DNA of 64,000 nt from Rotaria socialis (Eukaryota), in assembly GCA_905331295.1 (NCBI GenBank), contig CAJNYD010000015.1, positions 62,001 to 126,000 of the forward strand. The letters run 5' to 3'. Positions 1 through 15,591 of this stretch are shown here, in pieces; position 1 is the first letter of the stretch; each line of letters starts with the position of its first letter. Under the pieces are notes generated by a model, which saw only the letters and a program-made list of their open reading frames with translations, did not search any database and was not told the DNA's origin. The translations under genes were made by a program, and so were the position numbers.

Positions 1-259
1 ATTTAACGAACCATCTTGATCAGCTTCTCGTATCATTTTTTCTAATTCAGCCGAAGTTGTTTGATAACCAATCGAATGTATAACATAGGCAAGATCTTTT
101 GTACGAATAGCACCACCGCCAATACGATCAAATAAAGCAAAAGCGTCTTTTAATTCTATTTTAAAATAAAAACGTCATATTATACATATACGTGTACACA
201 TTTCAATGAAACATACTGTTTTCTTGCTCAATTGAAATAGAATTCGCTCGCATTGTCAT
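1..259 (-). CDS. Calmodulin-like EF-hand protein, 5' part (gene continues off the window start)
   Basis: Exons 259-217 and 155-12 joined by a GT-AG intron give (MT)MRANSISIEQENKLKDAFALFDRIGGGAIRTKDLAYVIHSIGYQTTSAELEKMIREADQDG, which matches the calmodulin N-lobe pattern (ELKEAFSLFD...MI.E.D.DG). Confidence 0.85.
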
Positions 260-1725
260 CAGTAATATTGATAATAATAATCAACAATAACAGTATCGAA
301 CATGAATAAATGAGAAGAAAAAAGGCACAAACAAGAAATTAGACTTGTCACGCGATCGTTAATGAGACAATGAAGCAGAAGCAAAGGAAAACTATTTCTA
401 GGCCTGCGATTCTTCAAAAGTCTTGATGCGATACTGTTTTTGTGTCAGCTAGCTGTCTATGTATATGGTGGATTTCGTCGTTGTTAATATTTTCTATATG
501 TATGCTTTTTTTGTATCTCTCTATCTATCTATTACTTAAGATGTGCTAGTGCGCTTCTCAATTGCCATACGAACAAACATCATAAGCGAAGACTAGGATT
601 GGTTGCATCAATGCGCGTTCGTGCGTCATCCAACGATTAACAGAACTTGTATGATAGCGAACATAAGCCTGCTGTCGTTATTCTGACAAGCGAAAGCCAC
701 AACACAACAACCCCTTTCTCTGTCTATATTTATAATAAATGCTTTTATAGGCACTTGTAGACAGTTATTATATATATTACGTTGCTAAATTTAAAATAAA
801 ATAAAAACGACAAAAAAAAAATATATATATATATATAGTGTTTGTTTATTTTCATAATGATTCTAATTTATTTTCAGTATGCATGCATCATCATTAAAGA
901 ATGACATATAGTTGTATATTTCAAGTAGTTTGAATTTTCTTATCAAATAAGAACGCACGAAACATGAGCAGCACAAAGTACAGGAAAACAATAAGAACTC
1001 AAAGAATATAACACTTGTTGACCTTGGTATTCTTGTACAATGAAAATAATATTATAGTTTCACGTAATTTATTTAATATCAAAGAAAAAAATAATCATAA
1101 AATTTATTTTTAATTAAAAGTATTCGTAGTCGGAGTACGAAAGAATATTTCTTTATACTAGAAAAACCGAGGATATGCTATTTTTGTCATTGTTATTAAC
1201 CCTCCAATATTCCACTACCCATCGTATTATGTATGTACATTGGATGGTCTCATATTATTGCAATCTTCTCTTTCTTTTGTGTCTTGTATTCATAAGAAAG
1301 GGGGAAAAAATAGTTGTTCGTTCTTTGGTTAGCATAACCTCAATATGGTTTCTAGTGGGTTATTTCTTTCTCGTTGATATCCGCTTTTGTATATATGTTC
1401 CCTAACATGATGTGGCGCAGAAATATTTCTCTTGTTTTTTCGATAACATACTAGATCTTTCTTTTTTTCTTCTTCTCTTTTGTCGACAATTGTACAGTTA
1501 GTTCTGTTCTTGCTCGTTGTGCACATTTGGTATCAAGCAAGAATTGTGTATGGAGAATTTTCTTTGGTTATTATTTATAGGAAACAAACAACGTAGTGCC
1601 GCCTATCTATCTCTTTTTCTTCTTCTTTTTCGCTCTGTTTGTAGAGATTGTACTTCAGGAAGCAACAGTAGATATTTGCCGAGTAATACGTTCTTTCTCT
1701 GCAACTAAATAACATACATAGTATC

Positions 1726-2530
1726 ATGGTGAGTGAAAATTGCTTTATTTGAGGATAATGCTATAAGTTACAGAAAATTTCTTTCTTTTTTTAAGGCTGA
1801 AGAGGAGCAAGAATTTCAATTGACCGATGACCAAGTCGCTGAAATTCGAGATGCATTTAATATGTATGACAAAGAACGAAAAGGTGAAATTCCCACATCA
1901 ATTCTTGGCACAGTCATGAAAAATCTTGGACACAATCTAAAACCTGATCAATTGGCCGAATGCATTGATGCAGTTGATGGCGATGGTGTGTTAATTAAAC
2001 GTTTATTTTGATTTATTTTAGTAAATTATTATTATTGTTGTTGTTTATAGGTAGTGGTACTGTTGATTTTGTATGTATAGATAAATACATAGGAAAGAAC
2101 AAAAAAAGTTTGATATTGCTCTTGTATTTCTTATTTGTTAGGATGAATTTCTTGCTTTGATGCAAAAGAAAACAAAAGAGGCTGAAGACGAACGAGAATT
2201 ACGTGAAGTATTTCGTGTATTCGATAAAAACAGCCGTGGTGTAATTGATGTAAGATAATTAAAGAAAAAAAAAGATTATTATCGATAAATAATGTTGTTT
2301 TGTGTTTTTCCTTTGTTTTGCTTCTTTAGGTAGCAGATTTAAAAATGATCTTCAAGGCACTCGACCCCGACATGCCAGATGATGAAGTTGAACAAATCAT
2401 TTCGGAAGTAGATGAAGATGGTTCGGGCACTGTTGATTATGAAGGTTAGCCATTGATATATTTCTTTTTATTAATATGAGACATTTTCTTTCTGTTTGAA
2501 ATAGAATTTTTCAAATTGATGACAGGTTAA
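1726..2530 (+). CDS. TnC: Troponin C (protostome type, four EF-hands)
   Basis: ATG followed directly by a GTGAGT donor at 1729. Exons ~1796-1985, 2051-2070, 2142-2249, 2330-2444, 2505-2530 give MAEEEQEFQLTDDQVAEIRDAFNMYDKERKG...DGDGSGTVDFDEFLALM...ELREVFRVFDK...DEDGSGTVDYEEFFKLMTG*. Canonical loops at sites II and IV and the MTG end are typical of invertebrate TnC. Confidence 0.85.
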
Positions 2531-3091
2531 ATAAATGCAAACACCATCAACGTCAACTTTTTTTCTTCATCGGCAGTGACTTTTTTCTTTCTTCTTTTTT
2601 ACTTACAATTCTTTTAAAAAACATCGCGTGTAAACCTCTTTTTTAATCGTTCAATAATTATCAAAATAAAACAAAACATATCTTGGCACCTAATGATAGT
2701 TCCATTGTTTGTACGAGAGCAACAGTTACGATTTTTTTTCTTTGACAATTCAAATGTTTTCCGTGGTCAAACATCTCCATCATCATTAACGGAAGCCTTT
2801 CGTTTCTTTCTCATTCTTCTGGTTTCCTAAACGGTCGACGACGACGACGCCGACGACGACGAGAACAACATCTGTTTGTACACCAAACAAAATACTTTTC
2901 TCTTCTGACTGTTTATTACCCTTTAGAGTATAATTTAGAAGAAAAGTTAAAGAAAAAAAAATTGAAGAAGAAGAAAAATACCAATAATGTTTTTTTGGTG
3001 ACTTTTGATGTTGTATTACCATATTTGCACTACAGTATCGGAAAAATATTTGAAGTAAATTGAAATGTTTGTAAAATATTAGAGAAGAATA

Positions 3092-4105
3092 ATGACGGTT
3101 TTACCATTCATTGACATAAAATCAACACCAATACGTTCAGTGCAGTCTCCTCGATTAACAAGAACACAATCATTACCTCGTGTAGGAGACATAAATAATT
3201 CATTAGGACAAAAATCATTCAATGGATCCGATGATATTAATAAATTATTTCCTTCATCATTAATTCGCAGTTCGATACCACCGCAACGCACACGTACACC
3301 AAAAATCAAAATAGTTCCTCGATCGGATGACATATTAAAAAAATTACCGCATGATAAAACAGCTGGTATTCGTGCACATAATACTATTTGGAAGCCATTA
3401 ACCCGTGAACTACCCGACTATGATTATCTATGGGAGCCATTACAACGTGAAGATATACGTCATCAATATGATTCTTATGTAGCACCACAACGAATTCTTG
3501 CTAGTCGACCAGATGAACCACAAAAGATGACAACAATGTTTGAAACTCACGATAGACATTATCATAATTTTAAGCGAGTGCGCGCTATGCAACAAAGACA
3601 ATGGAATAAAGAACATATACAATATACAGTTTATCCTTATTCAAAAATATTCGAACGTGAAATGTACAAGTATGGTTTCTTAATGTTTTTGTTTCGTTTT
3701 TGTTTTTCTAACTTTTTTCGTCTTTTGCTATTTCGATTAAGTAAAAAAATTCGATCAACACTGAAGGAACAAATGGAACATAAAATTCAAACAGATAGAA
3801 ATGATCAAATACTAAAAGGTTTTGAAAGTCAAATTCTGATTCAACGTGATCGACAAGATTTAGAAAGTGACAAACAAAAACAAAAACAACATAGCCGATT
3901 CCTATTTCAAACTACTGTTAAAAATAAAGAAGTAATATAATTATGCATCAATATTACGCGTTCATAAATATGTTATTATTCTTTTTTCTTCTAGTTAATG
4001 GAAAATAAATGGGAATCTGATCAATGGAGTCGCGTACATCAATGGCATGTCGAGCGAGCTATAATAGCGGATGATCCGATTAATTGGAGTAAAACGATGA
4101 CTTGA
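3092..4105 (+). CDS. Uncharacterised 3-exon protein, basic/low-complexity N-terminus and probable coiled-coil C-terminus
   Basis: 282-aa ORF with a probable 72-nt intron at 3670-3741. A second intron (~3932-3994) leads to a last exon LMENKWESDQWSRVHQWHVERAIIADDPINWSKTMT*. Confidence 0.7.
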
Positions 4106-6249
4106 TTGAATATTTAAATTAAAACAAGAAAATGTAATACATTAGCGTACAATCAATTCATATAATTCTTTTACTTATATTATATTTTTGCTTCACGAAT
4201 CATAATGATTGTATTCTTTCTTTTACTTTGGTTGGGGGTTGCTAGAGAAAAACATTTATTGTTGCCAAAACAAAACATTTTCTACAGTAAATGTTCTTAC
4301 ACATTCGACGACGACGACAGTAAAGAAGAAAACTATGCATCTAGAATTATTAATTAAATATTTTTATGAGCTGAAATACTTGAGGTCACATGATTAAAAG
4401 TCAATTGTACATATTTGATAAGAGAAATCGATCATTATTCGTACTATCAAAGAAGTAGACGATGTATCTTGGGACGCTGCTTGTTTTTCAGATCCAAATC
4501 CATTAACTCTATATATGGATTTGCTAACAAATGATAAATGTTATCAATCAGAACGATCAACACTGTTGTCAAAGGATTTCTACTTCTGTATTCTATCAAG
4601 ATGCATCAATTATTCGTATATGTCATGATTATGGTCAGCAAAATAAACTTTTCGATAAAAAAATGTTTTTGTATTGGTATTCTATGGGATCGATCAAATC
4701 ATTTTTTTCAATGAAATATAACATAAAGATAGATTATAATTATGTTTTTACCTCGTATGCTGCCTTTATCTAGGTAGAATTTCGATAGAATTCAATGTGT
4801 AGAATTTCAACTGAGATTTTCGATTAATCCATATATCGTATATATATACATATATATACACGTTACATAAGGTTCGAAAACATGGACTAATATTGCCGAT
4901 AATTGCTTTTATAAATATCCAACTATAAAAAAATACACGACATTTTATCGTTAGATTGACTGCTAATACTTCGAAGATCTAGCTGTCCGAATAATTACAA
5001 TCACTAAATAACGTAAATTAATATTCATTTTGTTAATAGAAAAAAAATTGACTAGAAGCTAACTTGAAGAAAGCAAAACGATTGAATTTATTAATTTGAA
5101 ATTTTCTTCTAGATTTTCATCTACTCATCATACATAGAAATACATGATCTGATTGTTGTTCATTACTGTTGAAACATCACTATATTATAATGGTAATATC
5201 ATTGAAGAGTAAACTACCGTTTGACACTATTGAATCACTTTTTTTTGTTTATTCAGTGTGAACATTTGTTTGAATATCTTTAACAAAACGCGATTTGTGT
5301 TTAGAAGTGCATTATCAATACTTATTATTCTTGTGAAATTGTCAATGTCTAATCGATTACTTGGGTGAAAGTAGAATACTCAGATATTTCGTATGATTAA
5401 CATCTGTATAGATGCAAATTTCATTTTTGGACTAGATAATCTTCTTATAATCATCATTTATCGTATTAGAAATTCAACTTGACTTCTGCTATTATTGTCA
5501 CTGAAAATGTTAGTGGTCAAATCTATTTGGTGTGATTTTACACAGTAGCTGAGTCGATAAATCCTTTGGAATAATTCAATAGACCTATGCTCAAGTAGCA
5601 TTGATCTCGTGATACTTATTATAATTTGAAATAAACAATAAAACTTGTTAAACATATGTATTATTCGAATAAATGAAAATGAAAATGGCTTCCATTGTGA
5701 TTTCGTTTATCATAAATTTGTTTTGTAAGTTTTAAAGTGAATATTGATTGAGTTTTAGTAAACAGGTTCTTTTCTGTTTCATACATATTGGTGTATATTC
5801 TTCTACATTAGTTGTTGTTACTTCATATTCGATTGATCAACATATTTCCCATACAGAATTCGTAACTATGCCCAATACATAGTAGAAATCTAAACAATGG
5901 TCTCCGATCCAGCAGTATGCATGAATTAACTGAATGACTATGTTATTTCTTCGTTATTTTGAAGATTGATTGATAATAATCATGATGATACTCGAATGGT
6001 TAGCATTCATGTTTGTAATAAGAGATTGACATGCTGTTGCGTATGTAACATATTCTACTAGATGAATGCTTTGTTTTGCAATCGACGATAGAATGCAGTC
6101 TGGCATGAACAATCAAAAACATAGAAAAGAACTGATTGACAGCAACTTTTGACCAATGGCATAACCCATTTCCTAACAAGAGTGACATGATTATTACAAC
6201 TCTTTGAATGAACTTTATTTATTGCTGGTAAATAACTCAGAGTTAGCAT

Positions 6250-6693
6250 CAGTGTTTCCAATGGCAAGTGTACACAGCAGAAGCAAAATGTACAAAACAT
6301 CTGCTAGTTTTGATTTACACTCTGGTATACACTTGCGCAGAAAAACAAGGTGTACAATGTACACTTTACTAAAATAGTTTACACTCTAATTTCTTTGATC
6401 TCTGAACCTTAAAAGCCGCTATAGTTTTAAATTAATTAAGTGTGATATTTTTTGTTCGCTAGTGATTAAAATGTTTGTTTCATGTGATCAAAATGTTTGT
6501 TTCATGTGATCAAAATGTTTGTTCCATGAGATAAAAAATGGCGAAAATTATATTTTGTTGTCCAAATTGTGAAAATTGGACTTTTGTACACTTTGATACA
6601 CTCTGCTGAAAAAAGCAAAGTGTAATGTACACTTTACTCACAAAAAGTAGAGTGTACTGTACATTTTGTTTTAGATTTCCATTGGAAACACTG
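6250..6693. mobile_element. hAT-type MITE, family A copy 1 (444 bp)
   Basis: Perfect 15-bp TIRs CAGTGTTTCCAATGG / CCATTGGAAACACTG and perfect 8-bp TSD GTTAGCAT (6242-6249, 6694-6701). Internal ~3x 22-bp tandem repeat AAAATGTTTGTTTCATGTGATC at ~6468-6533. Confidence 0.92.
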
Positions 6694-7942
6694 GTTAGCA
6701 TCCATGATACACTTTTCTTTCAAAATTCACAGTAAAATAAATGCTTATGGTTTATTCATTGTCTCGACGGTAGGTCGAGAGTATTCCTCTTTATTAAAGT
6801 TAAATATAATGAAATTTTATCTGATATGATTATTGATGCACTAGTTATCGATCCAAATATGCCATTATCTTTACTTTGCAGTTCAGAAGAAACATTGCTT
6901 TTCTAGCGATCCTTATTAGATGAAACACGATGTCACGACCAAAATTCAATGAGAGAAAGATCAATATAATTATCTTCGGACATATTTCTTTGCCAGTGTT
7001 CTTTTAATCTTCGAGAAATACGAGATCGAAATCGATTTTATGTAACAACGAGACGTTTTTCATAGACGGTGTATGCATATGTAGCCGATAATGGATGATA
7101 ATGCCTAAATTTTCAATGCATTACAATGCATTATTCCAAATAATGGGCAATTTTAAGATAATGCATTATCATTCAATGCATTTCAAAGTATTATTTAGAG
7201 TAATATTTTTAAATTAGAAAATTCACTATTTTCGTACAAGAAATATTGAAAAAGTGATTTGACAGGTAGATGTTTGATTTGCCGCAGCCTTCTGTGTATC
7301 AAGCGCTTTTCAATAAGAGTCGCGCAAGTTAAAGATCGAATAAAAAAATGTAACGTGAGTTACAACACTAAGAGTATCTTTCGAATCCCATTTCCCCGAT
7401 AATGGAAGCCTACACTATTAAAAAATTGACTCAAAATCTGATGAGGTATATCAGATTATCGTTTAGGGTTTCAAAAATATTTCTCCAGTCAAGTAGAAGA
7501 GTTTCCGAGTTTACCCAATCGCTAAAATGTGCACTAACAACTTGAAATCCGACCGCTAGTTTCTATTTGATGCAACGAGATACTACTAGAGATTTGAATG
7601 CTTTTAGAATATTCTGCAGAATGAAAGAGATTACAGTCCTTAATCCTCTCAAAAGAAGTTTCCGCTCTTTGTCATTGCTCACTTTTGGATGATCTAGTGA
7701 ACTAAAACTGCTCACAGTATCAAGTATAACAGATTAGATCATGAATCATTTTGTTTTCTAAATCTGAAACTATTTTAATACTATTGCAACAGCCTTATGT
7801 CATATATACGTTCTTCGACTGTTTTCGCTTTCAACTACAATTCGACATGATCCGATTACCCTGAAAAATCTCGAAAATAAAAATGACGACAGAAAAATTC
7901 ATAGGACGATCGATGCAGCTTCAAATATATCTTTTGCTTTTC

Positions 7943-8204
7943 GAAGGTTATCATAATAGAATGAACAGTCGTATTTACAAAATCACCCAAACATCTCGAC
8001 TTTTATCGAGTTTATGCAAAACGAAGAGCGAAGAGTTCATTGTATTACGATTCAATGGGCAGCTGGCGCAACAAGAAAAAAAATGTTCGTACAGCTGTTA
8101 TTCAACATCGCATAAATACGCTTTTCAATCGATACAATAACAATCTCATTAGTTCTTCTGATCTTCTCATCGGTTTATCATTTGTTGTTGCAAAAAAAAT
8201 TTAG
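7943..8204 (+). pseudogene. Mutator/MULE transposase C-terminal relic (frameshifted)
   Basis: Across two frameshifts it reads EGYHNRMNSRIYK-HPNISTFIEFMQNEERRVHCITIQWAAGATRKK-NVRTAVIQHRINTLFNRYNNNLISSSDLLIGLSFVVAKK. This matches the MULE pattern (TNN..)EG.HN.LN...HPNIW.FI..L..EE, which contains the catalytic Glu. Confidence 0.75.
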
Positions 8205-8577
8205 AGACACTCAACTTGATACTGATTTAATTATGTTTTATTGGTAGACGTTTATTTTACTTAACTTATAATTTTAATCATTTACCAACAAAAATAAAGG
8301 CTTTAGCAAGGATAACTAAAGCATCTTTTATTCTGGTTTCGAATAGTGTTCGATATTTTTACATTTCGATATTTTTCAGGTTTACCCATGATCCAAGTGG
8401 TAAGTTTGAATTCAATATTAAAATTATTTCTATTTCTTTTTCCTATGTCTTAGATCGACATCAATTATGATCGAAATGGTAAGTTGGAATTTAATAATCA
8501 ACTTCTTTATTCATTAATTTTTTCTTTGTTTTAGATTCTTATCGATATGATCAAGATGATGTGCGTCGTGGGATATA

Positions 8578-8864
8578 TCCAGGTCGAAGAGTCCGACCTG
8601 GAAACGGCTGGTTCCGGATAGTTCCGTTGATTTTATGGAAGCAGTATTCCGGTTGAAAATTTTTCCGGTGATTTCCGATTAATTCCTGCCGGAAAGCGCC
8701 GGAACTTGACAGGAATCCGCCGAAAAAGTCCGGCCGTATTTTTGACCGGAATACTGCTTCCATGTTCTAGCGATTTCTCGTGTTTTCCTGCAGAATATGG
8801 CGACTGTCCCGCATATTTCCTGGAGTATCCTACGAGGTCCGGTGGCCGGAATGTTTGACCTGGG
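8578..8864. mobile_element. GC-rich MITE in TA(TA) context, nested in the larger element
   Basis: Ends TCCAGGTCGAA / TTTGACCTGGG flanked by TATA on both sides. Internal inverted repeat ATGGAAGCAGTATTCCGGT (~8635) / ACCGGAATACTGCTTCCAT (~8745), many CCGG motifs, sharp GC contrast with the flanks. Confidence 0.8.
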
Positions 8865-10433
8865 TATATGTATATGTAAGAGGGTTGATGAAAGTTAAGG
8901 GGATAGATGTGGAGAACCAGAGATACAATTATGGCAATTGGGATATCGATTAAATAGGATTTAATAGATCTTATGTAGCAAGTGCCGAATAAGAAGTTTT
9001 CAATGCATTATCATGTAATTGTATACATTGCATTTCTGTAAAATAATGCATTTCAATGCCCATTATTTCCTAACGTCGACTACATGTGGGAGACATAGAA
9101 TGCTGATGAAGGATTGTTAAAGTGCCTGTCTCGACCTGCAATCAAGTATCAACAAAGCTTGCGTCGGTCTGTCAGTTGTATTGTATTTGTCAATGTATGT
9201 AACGTTTCACGGTAATCTCTGTCACAATCCATAGGGACAAAATAATAGATGCAAATGTTTTTCCTCAGCAATTTCACACTTTTTAGATGATTCCATTTCG
9301 AATAAAGAAAATTAAGTACTGAACATTTTTCACAGAATTTCAATTAAATAAGTTATTGAAATAGATCAACGCAGAATGAATGATTGGTTAGATGAATATT
9401 CTCAATATATTTCCTATGGAAATCATCGAAATTCTTTAGTTTGCTGAAGTTTCACTGATTCAATCAATGGATGATAATACAATAGTAAAAAAATTGATGT
9501 CAATTATTTAATTTAATATCATACATACGAACATGATTTTGCATTTCTCAACACTTGTTCATTGTTCTCTCAATGATTAAATCAATTACCTAGACCACTT
9601 ATTTGTTTTGTAAGATCATGTTTTTCCATATACTAAATCATTTACTCTGCTTCTCATAATATTTGATATAAAAATGCGAATAATAGTAATACAATGCAAT
9701 GTATACTATTTTCTTTCTTGGTTACATCCAATAATACACATCCAATCTACTTCTTATTGTTGTTCTCATTCTTTTATCATTCACTAGAACTATTTCATTG
9801 ATCGATGACGGGAAAAGTCAAAGGATCAAAATTTCCAAAAAAAAAAGAAAAGAGAAGAATGCATCATAAACGTTATTATTAATCAACATAACAACTTCTG
9901 ATTTATAGAATTGTATCGAGAGACAATTTTTTATTTTACAATCAATTCAATAGATCGATTAAAGCTTAGTTCAGAATAGAATACTATACCATTCGTCAGT
10001 TACTTATTCGTTCGCCATCTGCTCATAGAGAATACATGTGACAATGTACTCAACGTTCTTTTATGAAAATAAATAAAACGATCAAAAAGGAATTGTTACC
10101 TAATATATTTTTTGCTTGTTTCCGAGATCGTAAGATGTTAATCGTATCATTAGAATAGACCGATAAGAGTAGTCGATTATAATTGTGGGGTGCCGTCATT
10201 CAACTAAGCGTGTTCTTCTATTTATAACCGATTCGATAGTATGGAAAGCATACAAACGACAAAAAGAGCACGAGAAAAGAAAGAGTATGCTTCTGGACTC
10301 GCGTTGTTAGAACAACATTGTGCGATCTAAGTATGCTCGACTGAAATCTGCTAACTGTTGATTTATTGATAGGCATATAAAAAGAAGAAATAGATACAGT
10401 GTGTGAATTAATGATTGGATCCAACGGAATACA

Positions 10434-13983
<3,550 letters not shown>

Positions 13984-15454
13984 AACAACATGCGTGCAGA
14001 TTTGATTATCTTTTTTTTTCTTAGTTTTAACAGGTAAATTTTTCTTTAGTAAACTTGTAACTTGATATAAATGATATACATGAAGTTGGTGTATAATTGA
14101 TCGAATCTTTATATGAATAAATAAATTTTGTTCAAATAATAAAATAAATTTCATTGAATAATTATCACAAAATGATCCTTAAGTGAATCTATTGATCTAT
14201 TAAGATAAATAATTATTCGCGACTTTCGTCGATACTTATCGATTTCTATTTGCAGAAAAAACCTAATTAATTTCTTACATATTCTTATTGAAAATCTTTC
14301 ATAGGTGTGCCAATTCTGTTTGTTTTGATGTTTTGCTTATCATAAAATTAAAATCTTGTTTTTTTCCAAAATAATACGAATCATGAATCTTTATCACATT
14401 CGAAAAAATATTCATTTGATTTTCTAAATCGAAGTTTGCATCAAAAGAAAAGTTATTTATATTAGCGAATTGAATGCAGAATAAATGTACTCGATCATTT
14501 GCAAAGAAATAACGCCAGAATACAACGGTTACATTAAAAACATGTTTTTTCTCTATAACTTATTTTCTCACAGAATAGCAATGCAATCTTAACATCTAGA
14601 GAATCAAATAAGTAAAATATATCTCAAAAATTTAACCCTGATCTCGGTGAAAACTTTCACATTTTATCAAGAATCGTGTAAAAAGCCAGCAGTCGTTGTT
14701 TCTGCTTTGCTTTAAAATGTTGATAGGATAAATTCAACAGTTATAACAATTTAACATGAATTCTCATTGATTATAACCGATCTTTTACGATTACTAATGT
14801 GATCATCACATATTTGCTATTGATTTTGCTGTTAAAAATGAAAATCATATTCAATTGGATTCAGATATTGACTGAGAAAGGAGTGACAGCTAAATTTGCG
14901 ACTATGTTGTAATTAAAAAAATATGATATCTTCACATTTCGTTGTGCACCCATAGTATTCATTTGAAAACAATGTCCACAACTTCAGTCAAATGTTGCTA
15001 TAGCCAAGCGGCTGTACTAGTTTCTTGAATTAAAAAAAGCTTCGTACAAACAATGTTGAAATGATCTTCTTTTGCAAAGATTACCTTCGTTGTTAGTTTG
15101 AAAAATTTATTTAATTACTTTCATGATGAAAAATAACTACAAAGGCTTCAAACCAAGTAAATAGCAATTCCGGCAAATAATTAAAAAACAATACGAATAT
15201 CTATTTCTTTCTTTTTTCTCTCAAAGATCTATCAAATATTTTCTACCCATATCAATAATATTTGATGGCGACTCATCATCTAAACGCATTCGTTGATGCT
15301 ATGATATTTATTTCTGAAATCGTTGTAACAGTACTCATCATATTTATTACTTCCATTCTTTCTGTAACGAGTGAATCAGAAAAAAATTACTTTTATTTAT
15401 TCATTGTTCTTTCTTCTTTGTTTTATGCAACAAAAATAGAATACCGGGACAGCA

Positions 15455-15483
<29 letters not shown>
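15455..15483. repeat. (AG)n microsatellite upstream of a gene
   Basis: AGAGAGAGAGAGAGAGAGGGAGAGAGAGA visible directly. Confidence 0.9.
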
Positions 15484-15485
<2 letters not shown>

Positions 15486-15591
15486 AAGAGCATTGATTAA
15501 ACATGAGAAAGATTGAAATAAATAGAAAGAATAATAATAATATTATTACTGTATACTTCATCATTGTAGAAATTGACAGAAACCAAAATAC

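Larger units (their letters stand above)
7076..9088. mobile_element. Decayed composite DNA transposon (imperfect inverted ends, subterminal AATGCATT repeats)
   Basis: Left end CATATGTAGCCGA versus right end reverse complement CACATGTAGTCGA. Both ends carry AAATAATGGGCA and clustered AATGCATT motifs in inverted arrangement. No TSD found. Confidence 0.5.
4334..9470 (+). pseudogene. Possible heavily decayed coding sequence interrupted by transposons
   Basis: Protein-like stretches broken by stops on both sides of the insertions (EKSIIIRTIKEVDDVSWDAACFSDP ~4420-4500, YNEILSDMIIDALVIDPNMPL ~6805-6870, IDQRRMNDWLDEYSQY ~9360-9410). No family recognised; boundaries approximate. Confidence 0.25.

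Noticed and set aside
1571..1580. MEF2-like site TTATTTATAG upstream of troponin C
   Set aside because: Expected by chance in such AT-rich DNA, with no conservation evidence.
6468..6533. Short direct repeats as a possible CRISPR array (also 21375-21453)
   Set aside because: Head-to-tail repeats without unique spacers, in eukaryotic DNA with no cas genes.
8551..8763. ORF MEAVFRSKIRP... on the minus strand
   Set aside because: Lies within a GC-rich MITE and is a by-product of the repeat.
9103..9135. CTGATGAAGG...GTCTCG possible hammerhead
   Set aside because: No GAAAC box and no convincing stem II.
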